Shown here one piece after another: positions 22,631-34,026 of a stretch of 64,000 bases of DNA. Numbering within the stretch: the stretch's first letter is position 1; the number at the start of each line of letters is the position of its first letter. The notes beneath the pieces are model-generated. The model had not been told where the DNA came from, did no database searches, and saw only the letters and a program-made list of their open reading frames with translations. The translations under genes were made by a program, and so were the position numbers. Source of the stretch: Macrostomum hystrix (Eukaryota; Animalia; Platyhelminthes); assembly GCA_950097015.1 (NCBI GenBank), contig CATNEN010000029.1, positions 4,836,001 through 4,900,000 on the forward strand. Reading direction: 5' to 3'.

Positions 22631-23458
22631 TTGTGACTTATTTGTGTCCAAGTTCATCGGTTGGTGTCAGGCAGAGCAGCACTTAGGTATCAACATTGTG
22701 ACTTATTTGTGTCCAAGTTCATCGGTTGGTGTCTGGCTGAGTGGCACTTAGGTATCAACATTGTGACTTATTTGTGACCAAGTTCATCGGTTGGTGACAG
22801 GCAGAGCAGCACTTAGGTATCAACATTGTGACTTATTTGTGACCAAGTTCATCGGTTGGTGTCAGGCAGAGCAGCACTTAGGTATCAACATTGTGACTTA
22901 TTTGTGTCCAAGTTCATCGGTTGGTGTCAGGCAGAGCAGCACTTAGGTATCAACATTGTGACTTATTTGTGTCCAAGTTCATCGGTTGGTGTCAGGCAGA
23001 GCAGCACTTAGGTATCAACATTGTGACTTATTTGTGTCCAAGTTCATCGGTTGGTGTCTGGCAGAGCAGCACTTAGGTATCAACATTGTGACTTTTTTGT
23101 GTCCAAGTTCATCGGTTGGTGTCTGGCAGAGCAGCACTTAGGTATCAACATTGTGACTTATTTGTGTCCAAGTTCATCGGTTGGTGTCTGGCTGAGCGGC
23201 ACTTAGGTATCAACATTGTGACTTATTTGTGTCCAAGTTCATCGGTTGGTGTCTGGCAGAGCAGCACTTAGGTATCAACATTGTGACTTATTTGTGTCCA
23301 AGTTCATCGGTTGGTGTCTGGCTGAGTGGCACTTAGGTATCAACATTGTGACTTATTTGTGTCCAAGTTCATCGGTTGGTGTCTGGCTGAGTGGCACTTA
23401 GGTATCAACATTGTGACTTTTTTGTGTCCAAGTTCATCGGTTGGTGTCAGGCAGAGCG
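22631..23458. repeat. 65-bp tandem array, ~12.7 copies (intronic)
   Basis: The unit TTGTGACTTATTTGTGTCCAAGTTCATCGGTTGGTGTCAGGCAGAGCAGCACTTAGGTATCAACA recurs at 22631, 22696, 22761 ... 23411, with no spacers. Confidence 0.97.
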
Positions 23459-24468
23459 CACTGAAGTCCATGAGCTCGAAGCAGCGCTTACACCACATTG
23501 ACAGTGTACATGGCCTGTCAATCAGACATTCCGGGCAGGTGTACGCTTCGCACCGGTGTGGATGTGTGTTCGCTGGGGTGTCAACGGAACGGGCAGAATC
23601 ATCTCCACCCTGGCTGAATGTCGCCAAGTGAAGCGTCAGTACCCAATGACTATCTATGTGTCGCGCATCTGTTTCCATTATTTACGAGTACTGGAACGAA
23701 CCGGTTTTAGGTTTTACGAGTTTCATGCGTGCAACTTTGTGAAAGTATTTTGAACACTGCATGTATTAAAAAAGTGCATTCCTAGCGAAAAAGTGGGATT
23801 GCTAAACAATTTTTCAGCATTTTCAATCCCCTACCCCTTCGCTTCGTTTCTTCCTTAGGCGCCAATTACGATTATGAGTTTATGAGAGCAAGTCAATTTT
23901 ATAGATTTGCTCTCAAACACTCTAGGAAGTAGAAGAAACTTTCTCAGGCGCCATTTTTACATTAGATTCTTAGTAGCCGAAATTTCTAATCCAGCTCATT
24001 AATAATTCATGACATGGTCTTTTCAGCACTTGAGCAGGGCCACACGCAGCACCAGCTTCGAGTCAATAATTATAAATAGCTCAGCAATGCTTGTGGGAGG
24101 GTGAGAACTGATTAGTCAGTTGATTAAAACTTCCTGACAATCAGTTTTTTTAGCTGATGTATATATAGTAGGCCTCTTTTGGTCCAAGCAATCAAGGACG
24201 GATCTTTCTGGCACACATGGATCAAACAGCTTAAATAATTCAAAGCTTACCTGCAATTTGTGTGCAAGCTTTAATAAGGACCCTGCTTTGTGCCTACTAT
24301 AGCCTCAAGAAAATCTTCAAAGCACTGCTAAGATTGATGCAATCTCTGCTTAATGCCGCCTTTTTTTGGCCGAAAACCATTGCTTCATATAAAATCAGAA
24401 AAATTTCTGACCAAGAGCTTGACTGCATAACAATTTATATTATTTTCTTGTATTATAAATTGTCTCAG

Positions 24469-24840
24469 GCAGGGGGTCGGTGGCAGAGCGGTTATCGCGT
24501 TTGCCTCTCGCACCACGGTCCCTAAGTTCGATTCCACGGCGAGGCCACATTTATTTGGGGCTCAGCCGCGGAGAGAAGGCTTGGGGGCTTGTCGTGCAAT
24601 TTACGCCCTTGAGGGCCAACCTCCAAGGCACAGTGAAGTGTACACTGCCTGACAATGAGAAAGTCAGGGCAGATGTACACACCTGTGTGAGCGTGTGCAT
24701 GCGTAAAGTATCTGTGTGCGTGTGTGCTCAGGAGTCAGCGAAATGGGCAGAATTGCCTCCTCGCTGGCTGCGGGTCTAGTGTCACCAAATGATGTACCAT
24801 TGCCCGCAGCCCTCCTGCAATTATTATTATTATTATTATT
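24469..24840 (+). mobile_element. tRNA-derived SINE, family A, full length
   Basis: A box ggtggcagagcgg, B box gttcgattcc and an (ATT)n tail at ~24820-24843. A near-perfect TSD flanks it: ATTGTCTCAG (24459-24468) and ATTGTCCCAG (24841-24850). Confidence 0.85.
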
Positions 24841-24900
24841 ATTGTCCCAGACACTTAAAAGTTTTTTAAATATATGATTCTGGCATTCTGCCATTATTAA

Positions 24901-25075
24901 GTGAATGTTTAGGCTCGGTGATAGATGTGGGTGAATGTTTAGGCTCGGTGGTAGATGTGGGTGAATGTTTAGGCTCGGTGGTAGATGTGGGTGAATGTTT
25001 AGGCTCGGTGGTAGATGTGGGTGAATGTTTAGGCTCGGTGGTAGATGTGGGTAAGGCTTGGTGGTAGATTTTGGT
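24901..25075. repeat. 30-bp minisatellite, ~5 copies
   Basis: GTGAATGTTTAGGCTCGGTGGTAGATGTGG occurs at 24901, 24931, 24961, 24991 and 25021, then decays. Confidence 0.93.
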
Positions 25076-25124
25076 GAATGATTAAGTTTAAGAGGTTTAA
25101 GATGTTTGTGTTTAGCTTGCTAAG

Positions 25125-25430
25125 AGGTTTGTAGCCTAGTGGTTAGAGCGTCGGACTCACGACTTGAAGGTCGGGGGTTCGATTCCCGACTCCACTGGAG
25201 AAATTTGTGTCTTTAGCAAGACACTCAACTGTGCATTGCTTCCTTTCACCCAGCTGTTAAATGGGTACCAGCATCAGCTGGGGAATTTGAGGGTGGGTGT
25301 GGCGTCCCCCAGTCCATGGACCGACAGCTGAACGCAGCCTTCAGATGTGCCGCGCAATATCTGCGGCTGTGCTGCCGGCTGCATATCTGGCCTGATTGGG
25401 GCAGGTGTAATCAATTATAAATTATTATTA
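25125..25430 (+). mobile_element. tRNA-derived SINE, family B
   Basis: The head gtagcctagtggttagagcg...ggttcgattccc is followed by a body shared with 15855-16166 and 27188-27488 and an (ATT)-rich tail. Confidence 0.85.
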
Positions 25431-25487
25431 TTCGGTTAATTTGCTTCTCGAATTATTAACCTTGGGTCGCGATTCTCCGCTCTTTAG

Positions 25488-25658
25488 CAACCCCATCGAC
25501 GACTGATCAGCAGAAAAACGGATCCGCGATCGCAGCGTCACAGCCTATCGAAGAAGCGCCCAGACAGGACTCAAACATCGCCAGCGGCTGTCAGACCGCT
25601 GCCGAGCTGTACGGCGGTTTGCAGCAACTGATTCGCTGCGATCTGGACCATGCTACAA
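25488..25658 (+). CDS. PHACTR: PHACTR-like gene, predicted internal exon (171 nt, phase 1-1)
   Basis: Acceptor ctctttAG| and donor |GTAAGT flank an open frame (TPSTTDQQKNGSAIAASQPIEE...) that splices in frame to 25802. Confidence 0.65.
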
Positions 25659-25801
25659 GTAAGTCTAACAATTTTCTGTGACGTGCAGTTGCTAATTTCT
25701 CTCGGGAATTTACCTACGATGAGGTGCATATTTAAGCCTGTTAATTGTTTGTCTCACCTTGGAGAAAAAAAAATTGCCGTGCTTGTTCGTCACTCTTTCA
25801 G

Positions 25802-26496
25802 AAACTACTTCTGAAGCAAGCATATCCGAAAAATCAACATTGCCAGTTGATGCTGAATTCGCGGATGAAACGATCTGCACAGATACAACTACATTCACAG
25901 ATGAACAGCAACAACAACAGCCGCAGCCGCAGAAGATGCCAGATCCAGACGAACCGGCTCCTGAAGAAGGCTACGAACAGGTGCCGGCCAAGGAGCCGGA
26001 TTTCGGTCGCCAGCCGGTCAAGAGCATCATTAAGAAAAGCATCAGCAGCGGACAGCTGGACTCCAAGCCCCATCATCATCATTACAGCCATCAAAATCAG
26101 CATCAGGGATCTCAGCGGCGTCGAGATCCGTTCTCGCGTTTCTTAGAAAAACGCCGCCAAGAGCGCCGCGCCGGCCTGCAGCGCCTGCACTCTCTGCTGC
26201 CGCCCTCCGAGCGCGATCGAATCGGCGCGGTGCTGGAGAAGCGGCTAAGCCTTCGGCCCAGTAGCGAGCAGCTGCTGGAGCGCAATATCCTGCACTCGTC
26301 AGCGAGCCAGCAGCTGGAGTCTGAGCGGCGCCAGCAGATCCGCCTGCTGGCCAGAAAGCTGAGCTACCGGCCCACCGTAGAGGAGCTCCGCGATCGCCAG
26401 ATCATCAAGTTCAGCGACTACGTGGAGGTGACGCGTACTGAGGACTACGACAGGGTCATTGACAAGCCCTGGGCCTGGCTAACGGAGACAGATAAG
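25802..26496 (+). CDS. PHACTR: PHACTR-like gene, exon with RPEL repeats and the start of the PP1-binding domain
   Basis: LEKRLSLRPSSEQLLERNIL, LARKLSYRPTVEELRDRQII and KFSDYVEV...DYDR..DKPW. Acceptor tctttcAG|, donor AAG|GT at 26497. Confidence 0.92.
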
Positions 26497-26591
26497 GTGA
26501 TTCCACTTCACTTTCAGTCACTTTTTTGGTCCTGTATTTTGACCTGTCAGGATTTAAAGGCCTAGTATCTTGTACCTCACCGTTATTTCAG

Positions 26592-26684
26592 GAGAAGATT
26601 AGGAAAGAGCTCAATGCCTTCAAGTCCAAGGAGATGCCCGTCCACAAAAACAGCAAAAAGTACACCCGATATCACAAATCCTGA
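26592..26684 (+). CDS. PHACTR: PHACTR-like gene, last coding exon
   Basis: tttcAG|EKIRKELNAFKSKEMPVHKNSKKYTRYHKS* matches the conserved PHACTR C-terminus (IRKELNEFK..EM.VH..S...TRFH). Confidence 0.92.
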   Translation, partial: EKIRKELNAFKSKEMPVHKNSKKYTRYHKS

Positions 26685-26912
26685 TTGGATCAACCGCGCT
26701 TTCCGTATCGTACATCGAACTCGTAAATTCTTATTTTAAACTAATTGCGGATAATTAAAGATATGAATCAAACAATTCACTGGCGATCCATTTTTGTCAC
26801 ATTTCAAGTGAGCCAAGCGCATTCTGCTATCTCCATTTTTACTCTGGGAGCATGGCTGTAAGAATCTACTCGTAGTTTAAAGAAGAGATTTCAATTTACT
26901 TTTTTATGAATG

Positions 26913-27030
26913 AGTGAGCTTTTGGATGAGCATGAGACTCGGAGTGGGCTGTTGGATGTGCATGAGACTCGGAGTGAGCTGTTAGATGAGCATGAGACTC
27001 AGAGTGGGCTGTTGAATGTGCTTGAGACTC
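26913..27030. repeat. Imperfect 30-bp minisatellite, ~4 copies
   Basis: Variants of GAGTGGGCTGTTGGATGTGCATGAGACTCG in tandem. Confidence 0.8.
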
Positions 27031-27187
27031 AAAATGGTGGTTCCATTTCAGAGAATCCGGGCTCTCACAGTTAGGAAGACAACACATATTTTCTAAGAAA
27101 AGAAGGATACATCTTTAAAAAACTCGTGTCTTTTTTCGTTACTCCTTATTTTAGGGAGGAATACGAGCGTATTTTAAATGAGCTCAA

Positions 27188-27488
27188 GAGGTTGTAGCCT
27201 AGTGGTTAGGGCGTCGGACTAACGACTTGAAGGTCGGGGGTTCGATTCCCGACTCCACTGAAACAATTTGTGTCCTTTAGCAAGACACTTAACTCTGCAT
27301 TGATTCAGTTCACCCAGCTGTTAAACGGGCACCAGCATCAGCTGGGATAATTGAAGGTGGGTGTGGCGTCCCCCCAGTCCATGGACTGAACAGCTGTACG
27401 CAGCCTTCAGATGCGCCGCGCAATAGCTGCGGCTGTACTGTCGGCTGCACATCTGGCCCGATTGGGGCAGGTGCAGTAATCATCATCA
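27188..27488 (+). mobile_element. tRNA-derived SINE, family B, with a 13-bp TSD
   Basis: TAAATGAGCTCAA is duplicated at 27175-27187 and 27489-27501. A and B boxes are present and the tail is (TCA)n. Confidence 0.9.
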
Positions 27489-28850
27489 TAAATGAGCTCA
27501 AATATTTGCAGTGTCGATTGACCACGCGTGCAAGATTTCATTCCTGCACACTTTTGCGTGCAGGATGTCATTCCTGCACAAGCTTTATTCGTGCGATTTA
27601 TTCAAGACGTTCAGCAGTAACCCGTCAAAAGCTTTTCAGAAACTGTTTATTTAAATGTTTTATAAAACCAAATTGAAAAAGAAACAAACGCCATTACAGT
27701 GTGCCCGCGCTAAGTTAAATTTTATTTTCCAAGTTTTCCCAGCATTGAAACTGAAAATTAATAAATGGATTTCATAAGAAAATATAGTCCAAACAATGAT
27801 GCAGTCTGCTTGGCATGCTGGTAAAGCAGCGGATCAGCTAAACCCATTGTGCAGAGTACAATGGGCCAACATGAGACAGCACTGACCTGCCCCTAAGCAA
27901 GCCCGTAATACCATCCCGCACTGCACGCCCTGCGCTGCAGCAGTCAATCGCAAAAATATTACGCCTTTGTAAGACCTGCAGCGAAAACTCTGCGCTGCAT
28001 AATTACAGGAGACTGGTCAAAGTGGCTCTTTATGTGGCCTTTGAGGAAACGACTGTTATTGCACCCTGAATTGCTACAGCCGGTAACTCAAGGCTAGGAA
28101 GGCTGGGGATAATCAGGGCAATGAGACAGGGTCTTGAGTGCCGAAGCATTGCGAATGCATACTAAGCCGAGAAGAATGCAAAGGCAGAGACTTTTCGGGG
28201 AGCGCAAGAAAAGGTCAAGCAAACAAGCAAAACAGGCCTTAGCCAGCTACTCCGGAAACGCCTCGCTGCTTTCTCACTCTCCTCTTCACTCGCTTCCCTG
28301 TGTTTTTGTATTCGAGACAAGACTCGACACAAATTGGCACACACTTTCCTCCCTTTCATATGTGAAGCTTACTGCCCCATCGCTAGTCTATCGGCAGCTG
28401 AATCCCACACTCGCCCGTCTCTCCTAAAGTACGTACGCGTACACAATTTTTTTTCCTGCAGCCGTGCATAGCGTCTAATCCTGGCTCCTGAGCTGCTTAC
28501 CCACCAGGCCATTTTTTCAGGGCTTGCTTTAGCGCTTAGCACTTAAGAATCTTACCTGTACTCATAAATGTGAGTCTGCCGGGCCTTCTGGGACAGCATA
28601 TAACTAAAAAGGACTTGACACGCCCAGTGAGTTCTTGTGAGGCTCAGCGAGCTGCAGCGCTGACGATTTCCGCAAAGAACTCAGAGGCGTCTGCGTGAAT
28701 GCTCTGAGATGCTTTACTTGCCCAGGTGATTTACTGATCCTTGTATGGGTCGCTAAAGCCTCTCCTATTCAAGCCTTAAAACGTCTACTAAAAAATTGAA
28801 AAAATTGCCGTGTATTTGTGGTCGTGGACGACTTGGAAATCTGCGCTATT

Positions 28851-29969
28851 AGGCCGTATGAATAAAGTGAGCAATTGCTCAAAGTCTACGAGATTCTCAA
28901 TTCAGAATGAATAAAGTGAGTGCTTGCTGCTGAGCAAATGCTGCGAAGCAGCCCTCGGATTCGCTCATTCCTGCCCTCAAATCCATAGTCAGAACTATGT
29001 TGTTTCACGATTGGCCATAGACTAAAACAGCGGGCACGGAATGTCGTTGTGTGCCCGCTGCCCTGAGAATTCGTCTATGTCCAAAGCCCCTAAAGCCTGT
29101 TCATACAGCTGCAGTGAAGAGAGACGTGGAGGCATCGGACTAGAGCTGAAATTAGCTGCACTGATAGCTTATTCTGACGGCAACATGCTCAATTTAAGTA
29201 AGATAGCAACAGGCGATATTAGTGGCCTGGCTAAGCTGCAGTTTATATCTCGAGTGTCCATGCATGTAGAATCAACGGTAGATCAATCAATTCACTGGGC
29301 TGCCGGTCCTGGACCACGCGGAGGTCGAAGAATTCCTGAATTCCGCTATTGATCCGGAGTGTTCGCTACGAGACTTGGATGCGAAAGAACTTCAAAACAT
29401 TAAGGACACCGACACCTGTTCTGCATCATACTTTCCTACTGCTCTGTTAGCATGGCTGAGTTTCCTCCAGAAAGGGCACCTGCCCAAATGAAAGTGTACT
29501 TGGAGAGACGTACGATGCATGCTTTTCCCGAGGATGAACACAGAAGTTGTTTCGCTTTTCGCGTGCGAGCGTGGAGTTTCGTGGAGGACAAATGCTTTCT
29601 GTCCTAAACGATTGGAGCATTTGCTTTATCCAACAGGCAAGGGTGGCGCATTACCCAGCGAACGAAAATCTCATCGTCTTCGTCTTGAGTCGACATTTTT
29701 TCATACCACGTAGCAAATCTTGCTTGCAAGGCGAGCCTAGTTCGTTCCATTAAACAGCAAAGAAGAGGGAAGTGATTTTGATCACCATTTTGGCTATGGT
29801 ACAAATTCGCTGAGCAACTGCTCGGGTGGCTGGGAACTTGCTGGGAATATTCATACGAAAAGTGAGCGGTTGCTCAAACTCAGAGCAATTGCTCAGCTCT
29901 GAGCACTTGCTCAAACTCAGAGTAGGAGCATTTACTCATGAGCGATTGCTCAATTTATTCATACGGCCT
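28851..29969. mobile_element. Non-autonomous PIF/Harbinger-like element with a decayed MADF/Myb-like ORF
   Basis: 30-bp TIR AGGCCGTATGAATAAA(G/T)TGAGCAAT(T/C)GCTC with 2 mismatches. ATT flanks both ends (an alternative reading gives GGCC ends with a TA duplication). The minus strand at ~29760-29440 reads EDDEIFVRWVMRHPCLLDKANA..*DR, which is MADF-like. Confidence 0.8.
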
Positions 29970-31394
29970 ATTGTCACACCAATGAGGGGTATGGCTATGC
30001 GAAAATGCGAACGCATACCTCATAAAAGAGCGATAACAAATACTAACATGTTTTTAACTGCTAACTCTAGCGGTATACGAGTATATGCGACTATATTATT
30101 CGTGTTTTATAAAGTTGCATGCTCAAGACTCGTGATTTAAGATCATACTCGTATTGGGTCACTACCAAACCAGGGCTAATGAGGTAAAGGTGTGTTATTC
30201 GCTAATCAGAGCACCCGAAAAGTTTCCTATAAGGATAAAGAAATTTAGGTTAGTGTTGCTAAACGAAAAATAGTATTTTGAATTAAGTTCTGGCATATAT
30301 GCGTACATAAAATAAAAATTGGCCCTTTGAGAAATTCCGATCAATGATCATGAAGTTTTTGCATCCAGGAAATGCTTTCGGTTGTAGCTGTGGGGCAATC
30401 GTTCATTTCGATAGTGAAAGCATTTTCGTTATCTGTATTTAAGGTCCACCTTGTCTGTCCTTTCTAAAGCCTCACACTCGCCACAGGTAAGCTTCGCAAC
30501 AGTTAAAGCACAGCATTATCAAGATTAGAAAACGAAAATATAGCTAGCAGACTCAACCGTTTGCTCCAATTCCTTTAATCTCCTTTCACAAAGGCGCTCC
30601 GTTGAAGAGCTCGGGGTTCTTTTCAATCCAAGGAGAAAATTTTTATTGTGACTTTTTTGCTCGCACCAGACTTATTATGGTGAATTGTGGAGTGATTGAG
30701 TATTAAGTCAATGCAAATTATAATAAAAATAAATATTTTTTGCAGGAGGGTTGTGGGTTGTGGCACAATGGTTTGTTGATGATGGACCTCAGCCAGCGAG
30801 AGGCAATTCGGCTCATTCCACTGATTGCTGAACGCGCACGAACACAGGTCGCATATCAGGCGCAAAATAACTTTTAATCATTTTAAAGTCTAATTTGATT
30901 AACGTCTAATATCATGCGGGTAGTCTTAATAAGACAGTTCAGAGGTGCATGGGGGAGTGACAAAAGCTGTTGGAAAGGGAGAAACTAAAAGCCTAGACCT
31001 GCAAATGGCAGCACTAGCGACCCGAGTCCGCAGTCCTATGAACGAGGAAGAAAGTCATAGGCAGCCAAGCCTAATTGGTAGCCAAAATGGAGGGAAATTT
31101 CCCAGGTAGTTACCTGGCTGGGAGTGCGCAGAGGTCGAACCCTCGGGATCCTGGGATCCGTTCAACCCTCGGCTGAAATCCTGCATGGCGACAACCCCAG
31201 CTGGCGCAGGTATTAGAAGCTGCAGGCAATGCTACGGCAGATGAAGCATTCAGCTAGCCGTAAAAGAGGAAAAAGCATTGCGACCAGCAAATATTCGTCA
31301 ACTTTCCAAGTAAGTCCTAGAAATTTCCCGGAAACTGCATGCACCGTTTTTTCGCCTTGATCTCTTCTTCTGCAAGAAAGACCACTATTCCGCT

Positions 31395-31750
31395 CTATCC
31401 GATGAAACAACTTCCAGAATCATTAGACATCGGCATCGTCGAGATATTCAACGATTCTCGCCGAGGTGTCTGGTGGCAAAAATCAGCAATATAGGCCTAC
31501 TTTTTCTGCTCACAAAATTTCATGATGCAATCATGTCGAACTGAACTGGAAGAATCGCTGAATGTCTCAACGATGCTGGCATCGGACGGTTTTGAAAGGT
31601 TTTTCATCGTAAAGGGTGGAAAATGTTGATCCAATTTGTGGACTCCAACAAAAATTGAGCATTCAGTTTGGGAGCTATCGTGAAGTAGGTATTTGAAATA
31701 CCCCACCGTGGTCTCTACCCAGGGCAAAAATGATAGCCTAAATTAGCCAA
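31395..31750. repeat. Unclassified dispersed repeat; a second, split copy lies at ~44395-44460 plus ~45078-45290
   Basis: Shared blocks: acaacttccagaatca..a.acatcggcatc.tcgaga; gaagaatcgctgaa..tctc.acgatgctg; tttgggagctatcgtgaagt..ggtatttgaaat.cccc. Confidence 0.65.
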
Positions 31751-32705
31751 TAATAACTAGAATGCTTAAAACTCTAGGACCACCAGGAGAAAAATACTGT
31801 ACGGCGATCAGGAATTTATCCTTTTCTGAAAAAAACTTCGTGACTGCGTTTGATTGTACGTGGATCAATTGTTCATCGTTTTTAATTTAGAATTTCAATT
31901 TATACCTGCATCGATTTCTGTCTTGCTTCTTTGTGAAAACAACGATTTAATTATATTTTTCTCTACATGCCCTCCCTGTGCCTAAAAGTGCATATTGATC
32001 TAAAAAACGACTCCAAGAAACTACCTCTGCTTCCAATAAAAAATGATCCCCATTTCAATTTAAAAAGTAGCGAAATTTTCCTATCTGCGAATCAGGACTC
32101 TCCACTGTAATTTAGTGACTTATGTCTCCACAAAAAAATTAGTTTTGCTTAAACTAGAATCCCTGTGAAAAGCTGTGAGCCAAATCTCCACAAAGTCCTG
32201 GGCTTCAATTCGGAATGCATTGAATGATTTGGCTTTGCTCTTTGCACTCGAGACTCCTGTAAGACCAGATGCGAGTCAAATCTCACGCTCACATGCGCAG
32301 GGCTCACAAAAGTACATCTTTCGGCCGAGAATTTCAAAACTCCCAACCGGCGGGGGGATTTTTAGGTCTCATTTTCGATTCCTTTGCTCAAATTTTCTTC
32401 CCAAAAAGTGACAGATGGGGAAAAGCTCGAATGCATGAGCTGTCAAAACCCGAGCTCTTTATCCTGCGAGGTACTGGGGATTACTTCTGGACTTCTCACC
32501 GACCATTCTTGTAGCCAATGGCGCCTGAGTCTGCAGATACTGCCTTATTGGCTCATCCCATAGCCTTCATCCCCAATATTTTGGGATAAAATGTAGAACT
32601 ACGGCTTCTATGTGCTTTCTGAGTTGCTCTGTTTTCTCAGGCTACTGTAAGTGAGGGTACTTTTTGGCTCCCGTCTGAAAAGCTAAAAAGCCTTCTCACA
32701 CCTGC

Positions 32706-32848
32706 ATGGCGAACCAAGAAGGCAGCATCACTCCCTGGCTAATGGTGCTGTTCCTAGCTGGTGGAGTGGTCGGCGGCGTTCTCATGGTGGTCGGAGTCTT
32801 ACTCATCTGCAAGTTCTGCTTCAACGGACGAGCCAGAAACCAAAATGG
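32706..32848 (+). CDS. CBARP: CBARP/BARP-like gene, exon 1 (N-terminal transmembrane helix)
   Basis: MANQEGSITPWLMVLFLAGGVVGGVLMVVGVLLICKFCFNGRARNQN, then donor GG|GTGAGT. GVLLICKFC resembles the vertebrate CBARP segment GVLLLCKRC as recalled. Confidence 0.7.
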
Positions 32849-32852
32849 GTGA

Positions 32853-33264
32853 GTCAGTCAGTCAGTCAGTCAGTCAGTCAGTCAGTCAGTCAGTCAGTCA
32901 GTCAGTCAGTCAGTCAGTCAGTCAGTCAGTCAGTCAGTCAGTCAGTCAGTCAGTCAGTCAGTCAGTCAGTCAGTCAGTCAGTCAGTCAGTCAGTCAGTCA
33001 GTCAGTCAGTCAGTCAGTCAGTCAGTCAGTCAGTCAGTCAGTCAGTCAGTCAGTCAGTCAGTCAGTCAGTCAGTCAGTCAGTCAGTCAGTCAGTCAGTCA
33101 GTCAGTCAGTCAGTCAGTCAGTCAGTCAGTCAGTCAGTCAGTCAGTCAGTCAGTCAGTCAGTCAGTCAGTCAGTCAGTCAGTCAGTCAGTCAGTCAGTCA
33201 GTCAGTCAGTCAGTCAGTCAGTCAGTCAGTCAGTCAGTCAGTCAGTCAGTCAGTCAGTCAGTCA
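32853..33264. repeat. (GTCA)103 perfect microsatellite at the start of intron 1
   Basis: An uninterrupted GTCA run that begins inside the GTGAGT donor. Confidence 0.98.
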
Positions 33265-33602
33265 CTGAGCAAGGAGACAAACTGACGTAGGCTAAATTCA
33301 TGATAGACGAGAGCGTGTTTGATCGTTCGATCTTGATCCAGGCAGTTCTGTCTGTGCCTGTGTAGAATCAGAAAATTCAATTAATTTTCCGCATCCGAAT
33401 GCGTTTGCCATTCCAATCCAAAGCCATGGCATAACTGATGCTAGATAGAAAGCAAAGTAGAAGCTTGCCTGGCATTTCATTTCCTGAATTCAGCTCTCCG
33501 CCTCGACATCCCGACTCTGTGTGCTTTAAGCTTCCATTTTTGCGTGAATTTTATTTTTAACTTGATGAACTGATGGGCTTTGACAACGCCGCAATTGTAC
33601 GC

Positions 33603-34026
33603 GTGTACGAGTAAAGATAATGTGCCATTGTCTGTGTACGAATAAAGATGATGGGACATTGTGTTCGAGTAAAGATACGAAGTAATGTGACAGTGTGTAC
33701 GACTAAATATAATGTGACAGTGTGTACGACTAAAGATAATGTGACATTGTGTACGAGTAAAGATTATATGACATTGTCTGTGTTCGAGTAAAGACAATGT
33801 GACATTGTGTACGAGTAAAGATAATGTGACATTGTCTGTGTACGAGTAAAGATGATGGGACATTGTCTGTGTATGAGTAAAGATGATGGGACATTGTCTG
33901 TGTACGAGTAAAGATGATGGGACATTGTCTGTGTACGAGTAAAGATAATGTGACATTGTCTGTGTACGAGTAAAGATGATGTGACATTGTGTACGAGTAA
34001 AGATAATGTGATATCGACGGTGTACG
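33603..34026. repeat. 27/31-bp minisatellite (intron 1)
   Basis: Units GTGTACGAGTAAAGATAATGTGACATT(GTCT) in tandem, with mixed 27- and 31-bp periods. Confidence 0.92.

Noticed and set aside
22631-23458. CRISPR-like appearance of the 65-bp array
   Set aside because: The units are contiguous and near-identical, with no unique spacers and no cas genes, in a eukaryotic intron.
25125-25200. tRNA genes at the SINE heads (also 16095-16166, 24469-24545, 27188-27260)
   Set aside because: A and B boxes are present, but the anticodon and acceptor stems pair poorly, and each head continues into a shared SINE body with a tail and TSD.
31000-31260. GC-rich segment with GGTTCGA-like and palindromic stretches
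   Set aside because: No second copy, A box, tail or consistent fold could be established.
32761-33285. (SQSV)n ORFs
   Set aside because: They are read-through of the intronic (GTCA)n microsatellite; the real exon ends at the GT donor at 32849.
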